35,745 nucleotides of DNA from an uncultured Lachnospiraceae bacterium (GCA_964653815.1 CAZZHJ010000002.1:1-35745); one strand, 5' to 3'. Counted from the first letter of the stretch, positions 8,321-17,570 are shown. The notes: generated by a model from the letters alone, not told the origin. Translations and numbers: made by a program.

Positions 8321-9543
8321 AAAGTTTTGAAGAAATAAGAATAGAAAACCGGAGGGAACTGCTGGATAGAATCGATTATACCCGTGATATTTCAGACAAT
8401 GAAATCATGGAACTGATAGATGAAAGGGTTTTAAAAGCGGGCCGGGAATATGGTCTGACACTTCAGCAAAAGAGCAGGTTGAGAAAAGAACTTTTCGCAT
8501 CTATCCGGCAATTAGACGTTTTAGAAGAATTTCTTTCTGATAATACAGTAACAGAAATTATGGTAAATGGCCCCGACCATATTTTTATCGAAAAAGAGGG
8601 CAGGCTGGAGGAACAAAATGTACATTTTGAATCAAAGGAAAAGCTTTCTGATGTAATACAGCAGATTGTTGCAAAGGTCAACCGGATTGTAAATGAATCA
8701 TCGCCCATTGTGGATGCAAGACTGTCGGGAGGCGCCAGAGTTAATGTAGTTATGCCGCCCGTTGCCCTAAACGGACCGATTCTGACAATCCGGAGATTTC
8801 CGGACCGGCCTATGAGCGCAGAGGATTTATTTCAGAATCATTCTGTTACCAGGGAAGTTATGGAATTTCTTCAGTCGCTGATAAAGGCACGTTTTAATAT
8901 TTTTATCAGCGGCGGCACAGGAAGCGGGAAGACAACCTTTCTCAATATATTATCCCATTACATTCCCAAAGAGGAAAGAATTATAACTATTGAGGATAAC
9001 GCGGAATTACAGATTTTAAATATTCCAAATATTGTCCGTATGGAGACAAGAAATGCAAATGTAGAAGGATGTAAAGCAGTCAGCATACGTGATTTGATCA
9101 AAACAGCGCTTCGTATGAGGCCTGACCGGATTATTGTGGGAGAAGTACGTTCCGAAGAAGCCATAGACCTGCTTATGGCAATGAATACCGGACATGACGG
9201 TTCTTTATCCACAGGACATGCCAACAGTGCAAAGGATATGCTCATCCGTTTGGAAACCATGGTGTTAATGGGAATGGAGATGCCTCTGGATGCTATCAGA
9301 AGACAGATTGCATCGGCTGTTGATATTATTGTCCATTTAGGAAGGCTGCGTGACCATAGCAGGAAAGTTTTGGAGATTGTGGAGGTAACCGGTTATGTGG
9401 ATGGAGAGATTACTCTTTCACCTTTGTACACTTTCGTGGAAAACGGTAGTAATGAAAAAGGGCAGATACAGGGAAGCTTTGAGAGGAAAGAAGCTTTAAT
9501 ACATAGGGAGAAATTGAAAAGTGCAGGGATAGAGCTGGTATGA
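8317..9543 (+). CDS. cpaF: Flp pilus assembly ATPase CpaF/TadA
   Basis: GGTGSGKTT Walker A, TIEDNAEL Asp box, LRMRPDRIIVGEVR, NTGHDGSLSTGHAN His box. Start reassigned to ATG 8317 (ATGA overlap with the previous stop, GAGG RBS). Confidence 0.96.
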   Translation: MKSFEEIRIENRRELLDRIDYTRDISDNEIMELIDERVLKAGREYGLTLQQKSRLRKELFASIRQLDVLEEFLSDNTVTEIMVNGPDHIFIEKEGRLEEQNVHFESKEKLSDVIQQIVAKVNRIVNESSPIVDARLSGGARVNVVMPPVALNGPILTIRRFPDRPMSAEDLFQNHSVTREVMEFLQSLIKARFNIFISGGTGSGKTTFLNILSHYIPKEERIITIEDNAELQILNIPNIVRMETRNANVEGCKAVSIRDLIKTALRMRPDRIIVGEVRSEEAIDLLMAMNTGHDGSLSTGHANSAKDMLIRLETMVLMGMEMPLDAIRRQIASAVDIIVHLGRLRDHSRKVLEIVEVTGYVDGEITLSPLYTFVENGSNEKGQIQGSFERKEALIHREKLKSAGIELV

Positions 9544-10289
9544 AAAGTCAAAAAATTCAAAAAGAAATTGTTTTCTGTTCCCGGAAGGAAAAAGTCGTAA
9601 TCTTTTTAAAAGGTTTTATTCTTTTATCAATCATAGGTTTTTTGTTTTATAATTCCTGGATTGGAATTTTGGCAGGAAGTCCTCTTCTGCTTTTGTATTA
9701 CCGGTTAGAACATAAAAAGCTTTTAAAGAAAAAAGCAGAGCATCTGGAAAAACATTTCAAAGAAGCTTTGCTGAGCATTTTATCGGCATTAAAGGCGGGA
9801 CATTCCATAGAAAATGCTTTTAGAGAAGCTTACAGGGATTTGGAATACCGGTTTGGCAGTGAAGACGCAATGGTAAAAGAACTGCTTTTCATTAACAGAC
9901 AGGTTAAAAATAACATTCCCATAGAACAGCTTGTAGAAACATTTGCGAAAAAAACAGAATCGGAAGATATTTTGGATTTTGCACATGTCTTTAAAATTGC
10001 TAAAAAAAGCGGAGGCGACATGGGAAAAATAATGGAAAGAACTATTTCTATCATTACCCGGAGAATGGAAATCAAAGATGATATCAGAATACTGGTAGCA
10101 GGAAAAAAATATGAACAGCAGATTATGAATCTGGTCCCAATGGGTATTATTTTGTATATCCGGCTGAGTAATCCAGGCTATTTTAACGGGTTATATTGGA
10201 ATTTTGCAGGAATAGTGATTATGACGGCGGTATTGATTATTTATTTGGGAGCATATTGCCTGTCGGAACGAATTTTGGAGATAGCATAA
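9540..10289 (+). CDS. tadB: TadB (type II secretion F-family) membrane platform protein
   Basis: FKEALLSILSALKAGHSIENAF and IAKKSGGDM T2SSF domain with flanking TM helices. Confidence 0.88.
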   Translation: MKSQKIQKEIVFCSRKEKVVIFLKGFILLSIIGFLFYNSWIGILAGSPLLLLYYRLEHKKLLKKKAEHLEKHFKEALLSILSALKAGHSIENAFREAYRDLEYRFGSEDAMVKELLFINRQVKNNIPIEQLVETFAKKTESEDILDFAHVFKIAKKSGGDMGKIMERTISIITRRMEIKDDIRILVAGKKYEQQIMNLVPMGIILYIRLSNPGYFNGLYWNFAGIVIMTAVLIIYLGAYCLSERILEIA

Positions 10290-11599
10290 TGAGGAAAACA
10301 GAAAAAATAGAAAAGGCTGTAAGTCCCGTTATAAGAGAGCGCTTGAAACGACTGTATCCGGGAAAAGATGAAAATGAATTAGTCAAAGCTTTCTATATTA
10401 AAAAATTTAAATTAATGGGATTAACTCTGTGCGGAGGGATTGTTTTAGCTTTTTTACTTTTTATATCCAATGAGGTACAGGGAAAGATATCCGAAGAAGG
10501 AGAGATCATAAGAGATAATTACAGCGGCTTGACAATGGAAATTCCTGCAAGGGTATACAGCGAACAGTATGGGGAAATGGATGTAGAAATTGCGGTTGCT
10601 CCCCGAACTTATACAGAAGAAGAAAGAGAGGAAATTTTTCATGAGGCAGAGCAATGGCTGGAACAGGTAATGACAGGAAACAACGAAGGGCTTGATTGTG
10701 TCAGGGGAAATCTGGTATTTCCCGGTTTTTATAAAGATACAGATATAGCAATTGAGTATAGCAGCAGTAATTACGGACTGGTTAACGGAAGCGGAGAAGT
10801 AAAAAATCAGGAGCTGAAAAAAGAAGAAAAGGTTTTGATCAGGGCAGAATTTTCTTACGATAACGTTACAAAAACAAAAGACTATGAAGTAACGGTTTAT
10901 CCGCCTGTTTTAACACCTTCGGAAGAATTTAAAAAAACTCTTGAAGAGACGCTGATAACAGAAAATATTCTCCAAAAAGAGAATGAAGTATTTTTGCTTC
11001 CGAAGCAAATCGGAAAAGAGCAGGTAACTTTTCGGGAAAGAGGAAATAAAAATTTTATATACATATTCTTTTTGGGTATTCTGTGTGCTGCATGCCTGTA
11101 CAAAGGAATGGATAAAGATTTGGACAAGCTTTATGAAAAGCGTCAGCAAAAATTATTATTCCGCTATCCGGAATTCGTCAGTAAGCTGGCATTACTAACG
11201 GGTACGGGAATGAGCGTTACCGGAGCCATCAGGCGTATTTACGCAGATAAAAAAGATGAAAAGGGAGACCCGCTTTATGAGGAGTTGGGAATTTTTGTAA
11301 GAGGATTAGACAATGGGATGCTGGAAGAACATGCGTTGGAGGAATTTGGAAAGCGAAGCGGTCTAATACAGTATCGAAAATTCTGCACGCTGTTATCAAT
11401 CAATATGAAAAAAGGGTCTCTGAATTTAAAGACCATGCTGGAAAATGAGGCAGAGGAAGCCTTTACAAACCACCAGCAGCAGATTAAAAAAATGGGTGAA
11501 GAGGCAGGGACAAAACTGCTGCTGCCTATGATCATGATGTTGGGAGTTGTGGTTGTCATTATTATGATACCGGCTTTCATGACATATCAGATATCTTAA
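10289..11599 (+). CDS. tadC: TadC-like membrane platform protein with a large extracytoplasmic insert
   Basis: C-terminal YPEFVSKLALLTGTGMSV and GEEAGTKLLLPM T2SSF domain. Start at ATG 10289 overlaps the tadB stop. Confidence 0.82.
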   Translation: MRKTEKIEKAVSPVIRERLKRLYPGKDENELVKAFYIKKFKLMGLTLCGGIVLAFLLFISNEVQGKISEEGEIIRDNYSGLTMEIPARVYSEQYGEMDVEIAVAPRTYTEEEREEIFHEAEQWLEQVMTGNNEGLDCVRGNLVFPGFYKDTDIAIEYSSSNYGLVNGSGEVKNQELKKEEKVLIRAEFSYDNVTKTKDYEVTVYPPVLTPSEEFKKTLEETLITENILQKENEVFLLPKQIGKEQVTFRERGNKNFIYIFFLGILCAACLYKGMDKDLDKLYEKRQQKLLFRYPEFVSKLALLTGTGMSVTGAIRRIYADKKDEKGDPLYEELGIFVRGLDNGMLEEHALEEFGKRSGLIQYRKFCTLLSINMKKGSLNLKTMLENEAEEAFTNHQQQIKKMGEEAGTKLLLPMIMMLGVVVVIIMIPAFMTYQIS

Positions 11600-11615
11600 G
11601 AAAGGAGGAAAAGCC

Positions 11616-11783
11616 ATGAAAACATTCAAGCAGTTTTTGAGAGATGAAAAAGGCATAGGAACAGTGGAAATGATACTGATTCTGGTTGTACTGATTGCGC
11701 TGGTGCTGATTTTTAAAGAACAGATGACAGACCTGGTAAACAATATTTTTGACAAAATCAGCAAACAAAGTAACAAGGTATGA
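11616..11783 (+). CDS. flp: Flp1-family type IVb major pilin (55 aa; not in ORF track)
   Basis: AAGGAGG RBS, then MKTFKQFLRDEKG|IGTVEMILILVVLIALVLIFKEQMTDLVNNIFDKISKQSNKV: class III signal with Gly -1, Glu +5 and a hydrophobic helix. Confidence 0.93.
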   Translation: MKTFKQFLRDEKGIGTVEMILILVVLIALVLIFKEQMTDLVNNIFDKISKQSNKV

Positions 11784-11828
11784 GCGGTCAAACGGTAGAA
11801 AAAGAACGTAAAGGTTCGGGGAGGCATC

Positions 11829-13262
11829 ATGAAGAAAGTAAAACAGACAGAGGGTTCTATAACGATTTACCTTGCCCTTATATTTACAATCATATTGTCG
11901 TTTCTTTTATTTATCATAGAAGGAGCGAGGGAAAATGCAATACGGATGAAGGCGGAACTTGCCATGGATCTTTCCATGAGTTCAATATTTGCTGAATATA
12001 ACAGACAATTGCTTGAGCAGTATGATTTGTTTTTTATTGATGCCTCTTACGGACAGACAGACGCCTCCACAGAGCGTATTGGAGAGCATTTGAAAGGTTA
12101 TATGGATGATAATTTTCAAATAGGAGGTGATTGGGGTATCGTAAGAGATTTATTATCCATGAAGACGGAAGATGTAAATATAATCGATTATTCCCTGGCA
12201 AGCGATGAAGAAGGGGTTTTAATAAAGCGTCAGGCAGTTTCTTACATAAAAGACTTGTACGGAATTTCTTATTTGGAACAGCTGCAAAAGCAAATGGATA
12301 CCATTGAAAAAGAAAGTCTTTTTACCAGGGATGTGACAGGAGAAAGGCTTGCTAATCAAAGTGCCATAGATAATTTTGAAATTCCTCCAAAACAAGTAGG
12401 GGAAGATGAGTGGGAGGAAGTTGAATTAAATAATCCGGCAGACGGGGTTAATGCGGCAAGAGGCATTCTATCCCTAGTTATTGATGGAGAAAGTGAGTTG
12501 TCTGTGTCCGGTGTTAACTTATCAAATTACATTTCTGCAAGGAATTGCAATAAAGGCAGCGGTCTGGTGGGCAGAGAAAAAACCGACATAACCGATGAAC
12601 TGATTTTTAATGAGTATCTGATTCATAAATGCGGCAGCTATACGAATCCCAAAGAAACAGGTGCGCTGCAGTATCAATTGGAATACATTCTTATGGGAAA
12701 GAATAATGATGTGGAAAATTTAAAAGCGGTTGTCAACAGGCTGCTTTTGTTGAGGGAGACTGCAAATGTGGTTTATCTGTTTTCGGATAGCGGCAAAATG
12801 GCGGAAGCAGAAGCTCTGGCGCTGGCTGTCACTTCGGCAATTGCATTGCCGGAACTGGCAGAATTGGTAAAGATTTCGTTGATTTTTGCATGGGCATATG
12901 CGGAAAGTGTTTATGATGTACGCACTCTTTTAAAGGGAGGAAAAATCCCGCTAATAAAAAGCAGTGAAACATGGCATTACAGTATTTCCGGAATGTTGGA
13001 TTTTGCATCAGATACATCTGTGGATACATCAGATGGTATAGGGATTACTTATGAGGAATATCTACGTATTTTTCTGGCATCAGAAAATGTGCAAATAAAA
13101 ACAAGCAGGGCAATGGATATTATAGAAATGGATGTACGTAAATGTGAAGGAAACAAATATTTCAGGTTGGACACCTGCGTGGATTATCTGCAGGCGGAAG
13201 TATTGATATCCAGCAGTTATGGATATAATCACAGCATTACAAGGTCCTATTGCTATTATTAA
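11829..13262 (+). CDS. Large TadG-like pseudopilin (DUF5702-like)
   Basis: Class III-like signal TEG|SITIYLALIF (no Glu +5, as in TadG/GspK types); AEYNRQLLEQYDLF; YQLEYILMGK. Confidence 0.75.
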   Translation: MKKVKQTEGSITIYLALIFTIILSFLLFIIEGARENAIRMKAELAMDLSMSSIFAEYNRQLLEQYDLFFIDASYGQTDASTERIGEHLKGYMDDNFQIGGDWGIVRDLLSMKTEDVNIIDYSLASDEEGVLIKRQAVSYIKDLYGISYLEQLQKQMDTIEKESLFTRDVTGERLANQSAIDNFEIPPKQVGEDEWEEVELNNPADGVNAARGILSLVIDGESELSVSGVNLSNYISARNCNKGSGLVGREKTDITDELIFNEYLIHKCGSYTNPKETGALQYQLEYILMGKNNDVENLKAVVNRLLLLRETANVVYLFSDSGKMAEAEALALAVTSAIALPELAELVKISLIFAWAYAESVYDVRTLLKGGKIPLIKSSETWHYSISGMLDFASDTSVDTSDGIGITYEEYLRIFLASENVQIKTSRAMDIIEMDVRKCEGNKYFRLDTCVDYLQAEVLISSSYGYNHSITRSYCYY

Positions 13263-13286
13263 TAAAATGAAATGGGGTGACAAAAG

Positions 13287-14237
13287 ATGTCCTTTTTGAA
13301 AAGAAACAAATGGATTCATAGTGCATTATCTCTCCAGACACATTTCAAAAAACACACTTACAAAAATTATTTGATTTTCCCCAAGATCAAAAAACACAAA
13401 AGTAACTACTTTTCAAAAAGGATATCTTCTGTCATCCCATTTACCTCGGAGGGCAGTCTGTCTATAGAGGCTGCTCTCATTATTCCGATTTTTATGTTTG
13501 TTATAATGGCTGTTTTATCCTTTGTGGAAATACTCAGGCTTCAGATAAAAATAGACAATGCTATGCAGCAATGCGCAAAGGAATTGTCCGTATATGGATA
13601 TGCCTTTGATGAGTTTGGCAAGGATATGGTCGGGGATCTGTCTTTTCCTGTAGAAACTTTATTTTCGGAAACATATATAAAAAACCGGGTTATTGCAGAG
13701 GTGGGAGAGGAATACCTTAAAAATTCCCCCGCAGAAGGAACTTCCTTGCATTTTACCGGCAGCCGAATTATGAAAGATGATAGAATTGAAATTCGCTGTA
13801 GTTATTATGTTACACCTTTCTTTTCGTTATCACCCCAGACGGGATTTCTCACAGGGACGACTGCTGTGGCCAGGGCATTTACCGGATATGATAATATGGC
13901 CGCAGTATCTCTGGAGGACAAGGAAGAATATGTTTTTGTAACGCCAAATGGTACAGTCTATCACAGAAACCGGAGCTGTCATTATTTGGATTTATCCATA
14001 GAAAAGGCTTTTACTGACCAATTATCGGGGCTGAGAAATGAAGATGGAGGTATTTATAAAAAGTGTCCTATTTGTGGAGGAGAAAACAGCGGAACAGTTG
14101 TATTTATTACAAAATATGGGGACAGATATCATCAGGATATTTTGTGCAGCGGATTAAAAAGGACAATTGAAGCAATACCCATTTCGCAAACAGGAAGCAG
14201 GGCGCCGTGTACAAAATGTGGCGGAGAAAGGGAATAG
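13287..14237 (+). CDS. TadE-like minor pilin with two C-terminal His/Cys (Ada-like) metal-binding repeats
   Basis: EG|SLSIEAALIIP TadE signal; two YH-x4-C...C-x2-C repeats. Confidence 0.8.
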   Translation: MSFLKRNKWIHSALSLQTHFKKHTYKNYLIFPKIKKHKSNYFSKRISSVIPFTSEGSLSIEAALIIPIFMFVIMAVLSFVEILRLQIKIDNAMQQCAKELSVYGYAFDEFGKDMVGDLSFPVETLFSETYIKNRVIAEVGEEYLKNSPAEGTSLHFTGSRIMKDDRIEIRCSYYVTPFFSLSPQTGFLTGTTAVARAFTGYDNMAAVSLEDKEEYVFVTPNGTVYHRNRSCHYLDLSIEKAFTDQLSGLRNEDGGIYKKCPICGGENSGTVVFITKYGDRYHQDILCSGLKRTIEAIPISQTGSRAPCTKCGGERE

Positions 14238-14238
14238 A

Positions 14239-14670
14239 ATGATTTGGATACAGGGTCTTTTGGCAGTATTGCTGGCAGCTATGGCAATAGGGGATATAAA
14301 GTATAAAAAAATAAATATATGGGGCATAGGAGTGGGGAGCATTCTGGCAATGGCAGGGCTTATTATTTACGGACAGTCCCGGATTAGAAGTCTGGCGGCA
14401 GGAATTGGAATTGGTCTGACTGTATGTTTACTGCATTGGGTCACACAAAAAGGAATTGGTTTGGGAGATGGTATGTTAGCGGTACTAATCGGGAGTTGTA
14501 CAGGAGCAGAATTTACAATCATCTGCCTGTGTGCAGCATTTTTTCTAGCATCGTTTGCGGCATTGGCCTTGTGCTGCTTAAAAAGAATGGGGCGAAAAAG
14601 CAGGATTCCCTTTGTCCCCTTTTTGTTTCTTGGATATATGATAACTCTCGGCATGAAAGGGGGCGGATAA
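14239..14670 (+). CDS. Prepilin peptidase, A24 family #2
   Basis: AIGDIKYKKI and GIGLGDGML catalytic Asp motifs; C-terminal RIPFVPFL. Start reassigned to ATG 14239. Confidence 0.87.
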   Translation: MIWIQGLLAVLLAAMAIGDIKYKKINIWGIGVGSILAMAGLIIYGQSRIRSLAAGIGIGLTVCLLHWVTQKGIGLGDGMLAVLIGSCTGAEFTIICLCAAFFLASFAALALCCLKRMGRKSRIPFVPFLFLGYMITLGMKGGG

Positions 14671-14671
14671 T

Positions 14672-15094
14672 GTGATGGGTTGTTTAAAAGATCATAAAGG
14701 AAGTTTTGCCATAGAGGCAGCAATTATTATCCCATTTATTGTCTGTCTGCTTATGACAATTCTGTTTTTTGCATTTTTTCTATATGACAGGTGTTCCCTA
14801 GAAAGGGCGGCAGGATCAGCAGCATTAAGAGGAAGCCAGGAAATATGGGAATCTTCGGACGTACAATACCAGAAGGCAAATGAGGGCATTGATTTTGTTT
14901 TATCCCATAATCTGTTGGGAACTGATTGTGTGGACAAGCAAATTAAAATAAGCGGAAATGAAATAAAGGTTGTATTAAAAATGCAATATCATAAGTGGGA
15001 ATTTCAGGCAGAGTCCCAAAAGAAGGTTGTAAATCCTATAAACTTTATTAGAATTTGCAGAAAAGGGAAAGGAGTTATAGAAAAAATACAATGA
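14672..15094 (+). CDS. TadE-family minor pilin
   Basis: KG|SFAIEAAIIIP class III signal plus hydrophobic helix. Start is GTG 14672 or ATG 14675. Confidence 0.85.
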   Translation: MMGCLKDHKGSFAIEAAIIIPFIVCLLMTILFFAFFLYDRCSLERAAGSAALRGSQEIWESSDVQYQKANEGIDFVLSHNLLGTDCVDKQIKISGNEIKVVLKMQYHKWEFQAESQKKVVNPINFIRICRKGKGVIEKIQ

Positions 15095-16455
15095 ATATAG
15101 AGTATAAAAGAGAGAATCATAAGAGTTATCTTATCATCAAAGATTATGAATCGGAAGAACAGTTGAACACGGCAGAGAAAACACAAAATGATTATGATAT
15201 GAAAATGCTTTGTGATAATCATATTGACGGGCTTCTTACGGTATCTGTACATACTTTTAACGGGGAAAAGGAATTATATTATGATATCAGTGTCAGGCAG
15301 CCTTTGAGCATTTTGTATGAAAAAAAGGATATGGGAAAAGAAGAGTTAAAAAGGCTCTTTGAAGGAATAAAAAAGGCTCTGGAAAATATGGAAGAATATC
15401 TACTGGATATGGAGTGTCTGGTGTTGGAGCCGGAATATATATTTGTTCATTCTTCGGAAGAAAGTATAGATTTATTATATTGTGCTTACCAAAGAGAAAA
15501 TTTTGAACAAAAGGCATATGATTTTGCAGAATACATTTTAAACAGGATTAATCATGAAGATGAGCAGGCTGTCGTATATGCATATGGCTTTTATCGAAAT
15601 ATTAAGGAAGAAAGAGGAGATTTATTAAGAGCGTTGGAAAGACTGTTAGAGGAAAAAGAAAGTGATCAAGCTGAAAGTGGTGTCAAGGAGCAGCAGGAAG
15701 AATCCATGCACTTTGAGAGCATAAGAGAAAACCAGGATTTCTATTTTGATGAAGAGGATACTGTTGAAACGTCAGATAAGGAAAAAGAGGTCAAGAAAAA
15801 TAGTCAGATTATGAGAACGGTGTTTTTTATGATTTTGGGATTGGGAGGAATCGGAATCTTAATCTACAGCGCGTGGAAATATAGCCTAAACTGGAGTAAT
15901 CTGTTCTCAGAAAAGGAATCTGTTGTGGGAGCCGCTTTATTTATTGCATCGCTGGCAGGTTTGTGTATTTTCTATATTTTGGATATCATATGGCAGAATC
16001 AAGTAAAAAAAGAAGAAGTCATTGAAGAAAAAGAAAAAACAATAATTGAAGAAATCCCGGAGAGTGATTTTGATGAAGAAGTCCGGCGGGAACAGGAACT
16101 TGAAGTGGATTTGAAAGAAAATTCTTGTGAAACAGTGCTTTTACAGGAAAATTGTTATCATGAACAGCGCATACTAAGCGGACGGGTAAGAGGCAGGAAG
16201 AAACAGATTGATTTATCGGTTTTTCCTTTTATTATTGGAAAAAATAAAGATCAGGCGGATTATGTGTTAGATGATTCTTCAGTCAGCAGAATGCATGCCC
16301 GCTTTACTTTAAGAGATGATATTGTATATCTTACAGATTTAAACAGTACAAACGGGACCTGTAAAAACGGAATACGGTTAGAACCCAATGAATTGGTCAT
16401 GTTGGAGGCAGAGGATGAAATAAGTTTCGGAAGGCTTACATTCACCTATCATTGA
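15091..16455 (+). CDS. DUF6382-like domain / 2 TM helices / FHA-domain protein
   Basis: C-terminal FHA motifs FIIGK, VSRMHARF, LTDLNSTNGT; two central TM helices; start ATG 15091 overlaps the previous stop (ATGA). Confidence 0.85.
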   Translation: MNIEYKRENHKSYLIIKDYESEEQLNTAEKTQNDYDMKMLCDNHIDGLLTVSVHTFNGEKELYYDISVRQPLSILYEKKDMGKEELKRLFEGIKKALENMEEYLLDMECLVLEPEYIFVHSSEESIDLLYCAYQRENFEQKAYDFAEYILNRINHEDEQAVVYAYGFYRNIKEERGDLLRALERLLEEKESDQAESGVKEQQEESMHFESIRENQDFYFDEEDTVETSDKEKEVKKNSQIMRTVFFMILGLGGIGILIYSAWKYSLNWSNLFSEKESVVGAALFIASLAGLCIFYILDIIWQNQVKKEEVIEEKEKTIIEEIPESDFDEEVRREQELEVDLKENSCETVLLQENCYHEQRILSGRVRGRKKQIDLSVFPFIIGKNKDQADYVLDDSSVSRMHARFTLRDDIVYLTDLNSTNGTCKNGIRLEPNELVMLEAEDEISFGRLTFTYH

Positions 16456-16480
16456 CATGGATTTTGGAAAATGATACCCT
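16452..16480 (+). promoter_or_regulatory. SigA-type promoter for the rhomboid operon, overlapping the FHA gene stop
   Basis: TTGACA-N17-TACCCT with extended TG at 16472-16473. Confidence 0.65.
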
Positions 16481-16499
16481 TTTGAGTAGAAGAGGGAAA

Positions 16500-17570
16500 A
16501 TGGCTGGCATGGAAAAAAGAATATCTTATTATCTTGGGCAGAACGGGTATCTGAAAATGCTCACTAATTTATCAGAATTTACTGTTTTCTTTAAAAAAGA
16601 AAACGGTTTTATCAGTATGATAGAATTAGTGAATATGGACGTAAATCCGTATGTTTCGGAAGATACAGTATATAATGTGACACAAAAAGCACAATGGAGG
16701 TTTGTGGATCAGGGACATGAAGAAGTGCATTATCTGGTCCTGGTAATAACCGGGGAGCCCGAAAGGGCATTGAGGCTGGGAGAAAAAGAACAGTTTTTTT
16801 GGATCATTGACAGCGCTAGCAATACGCTCTGCATTCCTGAAAATAAAGCAGAAGATTTTTATGGGATGAAGGGAGAGATAGAATCCTGGCTTACGGCGGA
16901 ATATGATGATACTGAGCAGGGTGAACTATCATCTTATGGGGCGGATGGCAGGCGAATCAGAAGTCTTAGGGAACAGCCCCTGGTTAATCACGGAATATTT
17001 TTGATAAATGTATTGGCATTTACTTTCTGTACATTATCGGGAGATGTGTTGTATAATTATGGTGAATTGACTCTGAAAGAAGTTTTAGACGGACAGTGGT
17101 ATCGCATTTTTACCAGTATGTTTCTTCACGGTGGGATGTCACATCTGGCCGGAAATATGATTATACTCTTTTTTCTCGGGAATATTGTGGAAAAAGAGCT
17201 TGGGCATATAAAGTACTTTGTTTTATATTTTGTATCCGGAATAGCAGGTGCGGCAGCCTCCCTTTGGATGCAGTCAATCAGGATGGTAAGCGGGGAAACG
17301 ATCATAGGTTCTATAGGGGCCAGCGGAGCTATTTTTGGTATGCTTGGCGGACTGCTTTGGATTCTGATTCGAAATAAAGGGAAATTAGCAGAAATGACTT
17401 TTCCAAGAGTGTTGTTTTTGGTATGCTATTCCTTGTATGGAGGATTAACTGGTACAAATGTGGACAATGCTGCACATTTCGGAGGATTGGTAATAGGCTT
17501 TTTAATCACTGCTTTATTATATAGGAAAAACAGGAAGCTGAAGAAAGGGAAAAACGCCGATGAAAATTAA
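16500..17570 (+). CDS. Rhomboid intramembrane serine protease with N-terminal soluble domain
   Basis: WYRIFTSMFLHGGMSHLAGN, catalytic GASG and AAHFGG. Start at ATG 16500 (or 16509) after GAGGG; the TTG at 16452 is the -35 element. Confidence 0.92.
   Translation: MAGMEKRISYYLGQNGYLKMLTNLSEFTVFFKKENGFISMIELVNMDVNPYVSEDTVYNVTQKAQWRFVDQGHEEVHYLVLVITGEPERALRLGEKEQFFWIIDSASNTLCIPENKAEDFYGMKGEIESWLTAEYDDTEQGELSSYGADGRRIRSLREQPLVNHGIFLINVLAFTFCTLSGDVLYNYGELTLKEVLDGQWYRIFTSMFLHGGMSHLAGNMIILFFLGNIVEKELGHIKYFVLYFVSGIAGAAASLWMQSIRMVSGETIIGSIGASGAIFGMLGGLLWILIRNKGKLAEMTFPRVLFLVCYSLYGGLTGTNVDNAAHFGGLVIGFLITALLYRKNRKLKKGKNADEN

Noticed and set aside
11780-11995. 71-aa + strand ORF in the track
   Set aside because: It overlaps the TadG-like gene out of frame and has no RBS or recognisable motif; the real gene in this area is the Flp pilin at 11616-11783.
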